Below are positions 45,036-46,411 of a stretch of 46,411 nucleotides of DNA, one piece after another. Source of the stretch: Candidatus Vogelbacteria bacterium (GTDB lineage: Bacteria; Patescibacteriota; Minisyncoccia; Phycocordibacterales; XYD1-FULL-46-19); contig JAHFNY010000002.1 of assembly GCA_023267075.1 (NCBI GenBank), positions 1 to 46,411 of the forward strand, read 5' to 3'. Below the pieces are notes generated by a model that worked only from the letters and a program-made list of their open reading frames with translations, was not told the origin of the DNA and ran no database searches. The first letter of the stretch is position 1, and every line of letters starts with the position of its first letter. Made by a program: the position numbers and the translations under genes.

Positions 45036-46325
45036 TTAAGCACCCTTAGTTGATAACAGGGTCCGAATAGTTTTCAAACCAATACTCACATCAAGCCACA
45101 GACTCCGGTGTTTAATATAATATAAATCGTAAGAAAGTTTTTCTTTAGTTGCATCCACCGCGGGGGCAAAGTGCGGATGATTATCATGATAAATCTGGGC
45201 CCAACCAGACAAACCAGGAGCGATCAAATAACGGAGATCATAATATGGGATATCCCGCCGATACAAAGCGGCATAATCCGGCTTCTCGGGCCGCGGACCA
45301 ATTAACGATTGTTCACCCATGATGACGCTCCAGAGTTGAGGCAATTCATCTAAACGAGTTTTGCGTAAAATTTTTCCTAATCGAGTAACATGCCGAGCAG
45401 AGAGATCCATCTCCATCGACATGCTTCTGAACTTGTAGACTACGAACTCCTTCCCATTCCGACCTACCCGATGATCAGCGTAGAACATTGTTCCCCCATC
45501 ACTTAATTTAATCGCGATAAAAATGAACGGGTAAATGACTAAAGAAATTAAACCGAGGGGTAAAGCTACAGCCAGATCGATCAGACGTTTAACTAAGTCG
45601 TAGACACCCCGCCGGGGTGTAGAAACATTATTAATTACCCACCGCTCGTTGATAAGCTCCACCGGCACACGCCGGAAAACTAATTCATATAAATCAGATA
45701 GCGTTAATAAAATACTACCAGAAAACATGGAGCGATAAATTTGGGTAAGTCCTGAAGCTACTTGAGGGTCATCGGGATTAAAAACTACCATTGCCCCAGG
45801 TGTAAGAGTCTGTGGTTCAGCTACTTGGCTAACTTTAAGATTATAATCAGTATTAGTTGAAAGCTCGTCTTTTAATTCACTAACTTCCTTACCACTACCA
45901 ATAAAAATTATTTGTTCGGCTCGGCCGCGGTAGAGGTGATGCACAAAATAGCGCCGCCAAACTAAGATGAAAATAAATGAGACGAGTAGATAGATAAAGA
46001 GATTAGTCCGCGGGGCAATGCCGACAATTGGCACATAGTAAAAGAAAATAATCGCCAAAATGGTGTTAACAATTTGCGCATTGGCAATGGTCTGAGGCAG
46101 ATCTTTCTTAAACAGTGAGGTCGGCCGACGGTAGAGGTCAAAAATGAAAAAGACAATGATCCAAGCCACCCAAATGGCGGTAAAGGCTTGGAGGTGACTG
46201 TCAAAGAGGCTACTGGTAGGCCACTCCCCATAACGCAAAAAAAGCGTTACCCATAAAGCGGCAATAAATAGGATAATATCCCCCAATAAGAGGACAATGG
46301 TGGCGCGATGGCTACGGAATTTCAT
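45036..46325 (-). CDS. Priming sugar transferase (undecaprenyl-phosphate glycosylphosphotransferase)
   Basis: KRLIDL, YKFRSM, LRKTRLDELPQL, IGPRPE, PGLSGWAQ, DLYYIK. Start at MKFRSH. Confidence 0.92.
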   Translation of the reverse strand: MKFRSHRATIVLLLGDIILFIAALWVTLFLRYGEWPTSSLFDSHLQAFTAIWVAWIIVFFIFDLYRRPTSLFKKDLPQTIANAQIVNTILAIIFFYYVPIVGIAPRTNLFIYLLVSFIFILVWRRYFVHHLYRGRAEQIIFIGSGKEVSELKDELSTNTDYNLKVSQVAEPQTLTPGAMVVFNPDDPQVASGLTQIYRSMFSGSILLTLSDLYELVFRRVPVELINERWVINNVSTPRRGVYDLVKRLIDLAVALPLGLISLVIYPFIFIAIKLSDGGTMFYADHRVGRNGKEFVVYKFRSMSMEMDLSARHVTRLGKILRKTRLDELPQLWSVIMGEQSLIGPRPEKPDYAALYRRDIPYYDLRYLIAPGLSGWAQIYHDNHPHFAPAVDATKEKLSYDLYYIKHRSLWLDVSIGLKTIRTLLSTKGA

Positions 46326-46374
46326 CGTCGCCGATAATACCACAAAAAGCGTTTTTATGCTATAGTCCAGAGCA

Positions 46375-46411
46375 ATGAAAATTATTTATTTGATTACCAA
46401 AGGCAATTGGG
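46375..46411 (+). CDS. Start of a probable GT4 glycosyltransferase (runs off the right edge)
   Basis: MKIIYLITKGNW(G) is typical of GT4 N-termini; TGcTATAGT lies 8 nt upstream. Confidence 0.55.
   Translation, partial: MKIIYLITKGNW

Overview
This is a chromosomal segment of a Patescibacteria/CPR bacterium, most likely Parcubacteria, judged from its 16S signatures. TGA is used as a stop codon, so the code is table 11. Positions 1-19.8 kb hold a surface-glycan cluster: O-antigen-ligase-like protein, flippase, many GT2/GT4/GT-C transferases, three class I methyltransferase domains and a B12-dependent radical SAM enzyme. Positions 19.8-29.2 kb hold a VirD4/TraD-like ATPase, a DUF4015-like hydrolase, murC, a NUDIX gene, murD and a dedA-GT4-GT2-PAP2 operon. 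tRNA-Ile(GAT) at 29.2 kb is followed by a decayed island of gene fragments. A stand-alone 16S rRNA gene on the minus strand is interrupted by an 850-nt group II-like intron that encodes a LAGLIDADG endonuclease, and the 16S has no canonical anti-SD tail. After secF/secD comes the main finding, a diversity-generating retroelement (DGR) cassette. It has a 617-aa target gene with a VR, and a TR that differs from the VR only at adenines (17 of 17 mismatches). The TR lies inside an apparently self-contained ~420-nt RNA unit (promoter, structured leader, TR, terminator), and no reverse transcriptase or Avd gene is present in the window. The window ends with folD, an epimerase and a priming sugar transferase. 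Short GC-rich palindromes are inserted in frame in several genes and exactly at the DGR VR 3' end. All calls come from reading the sequence; no database searches were run.
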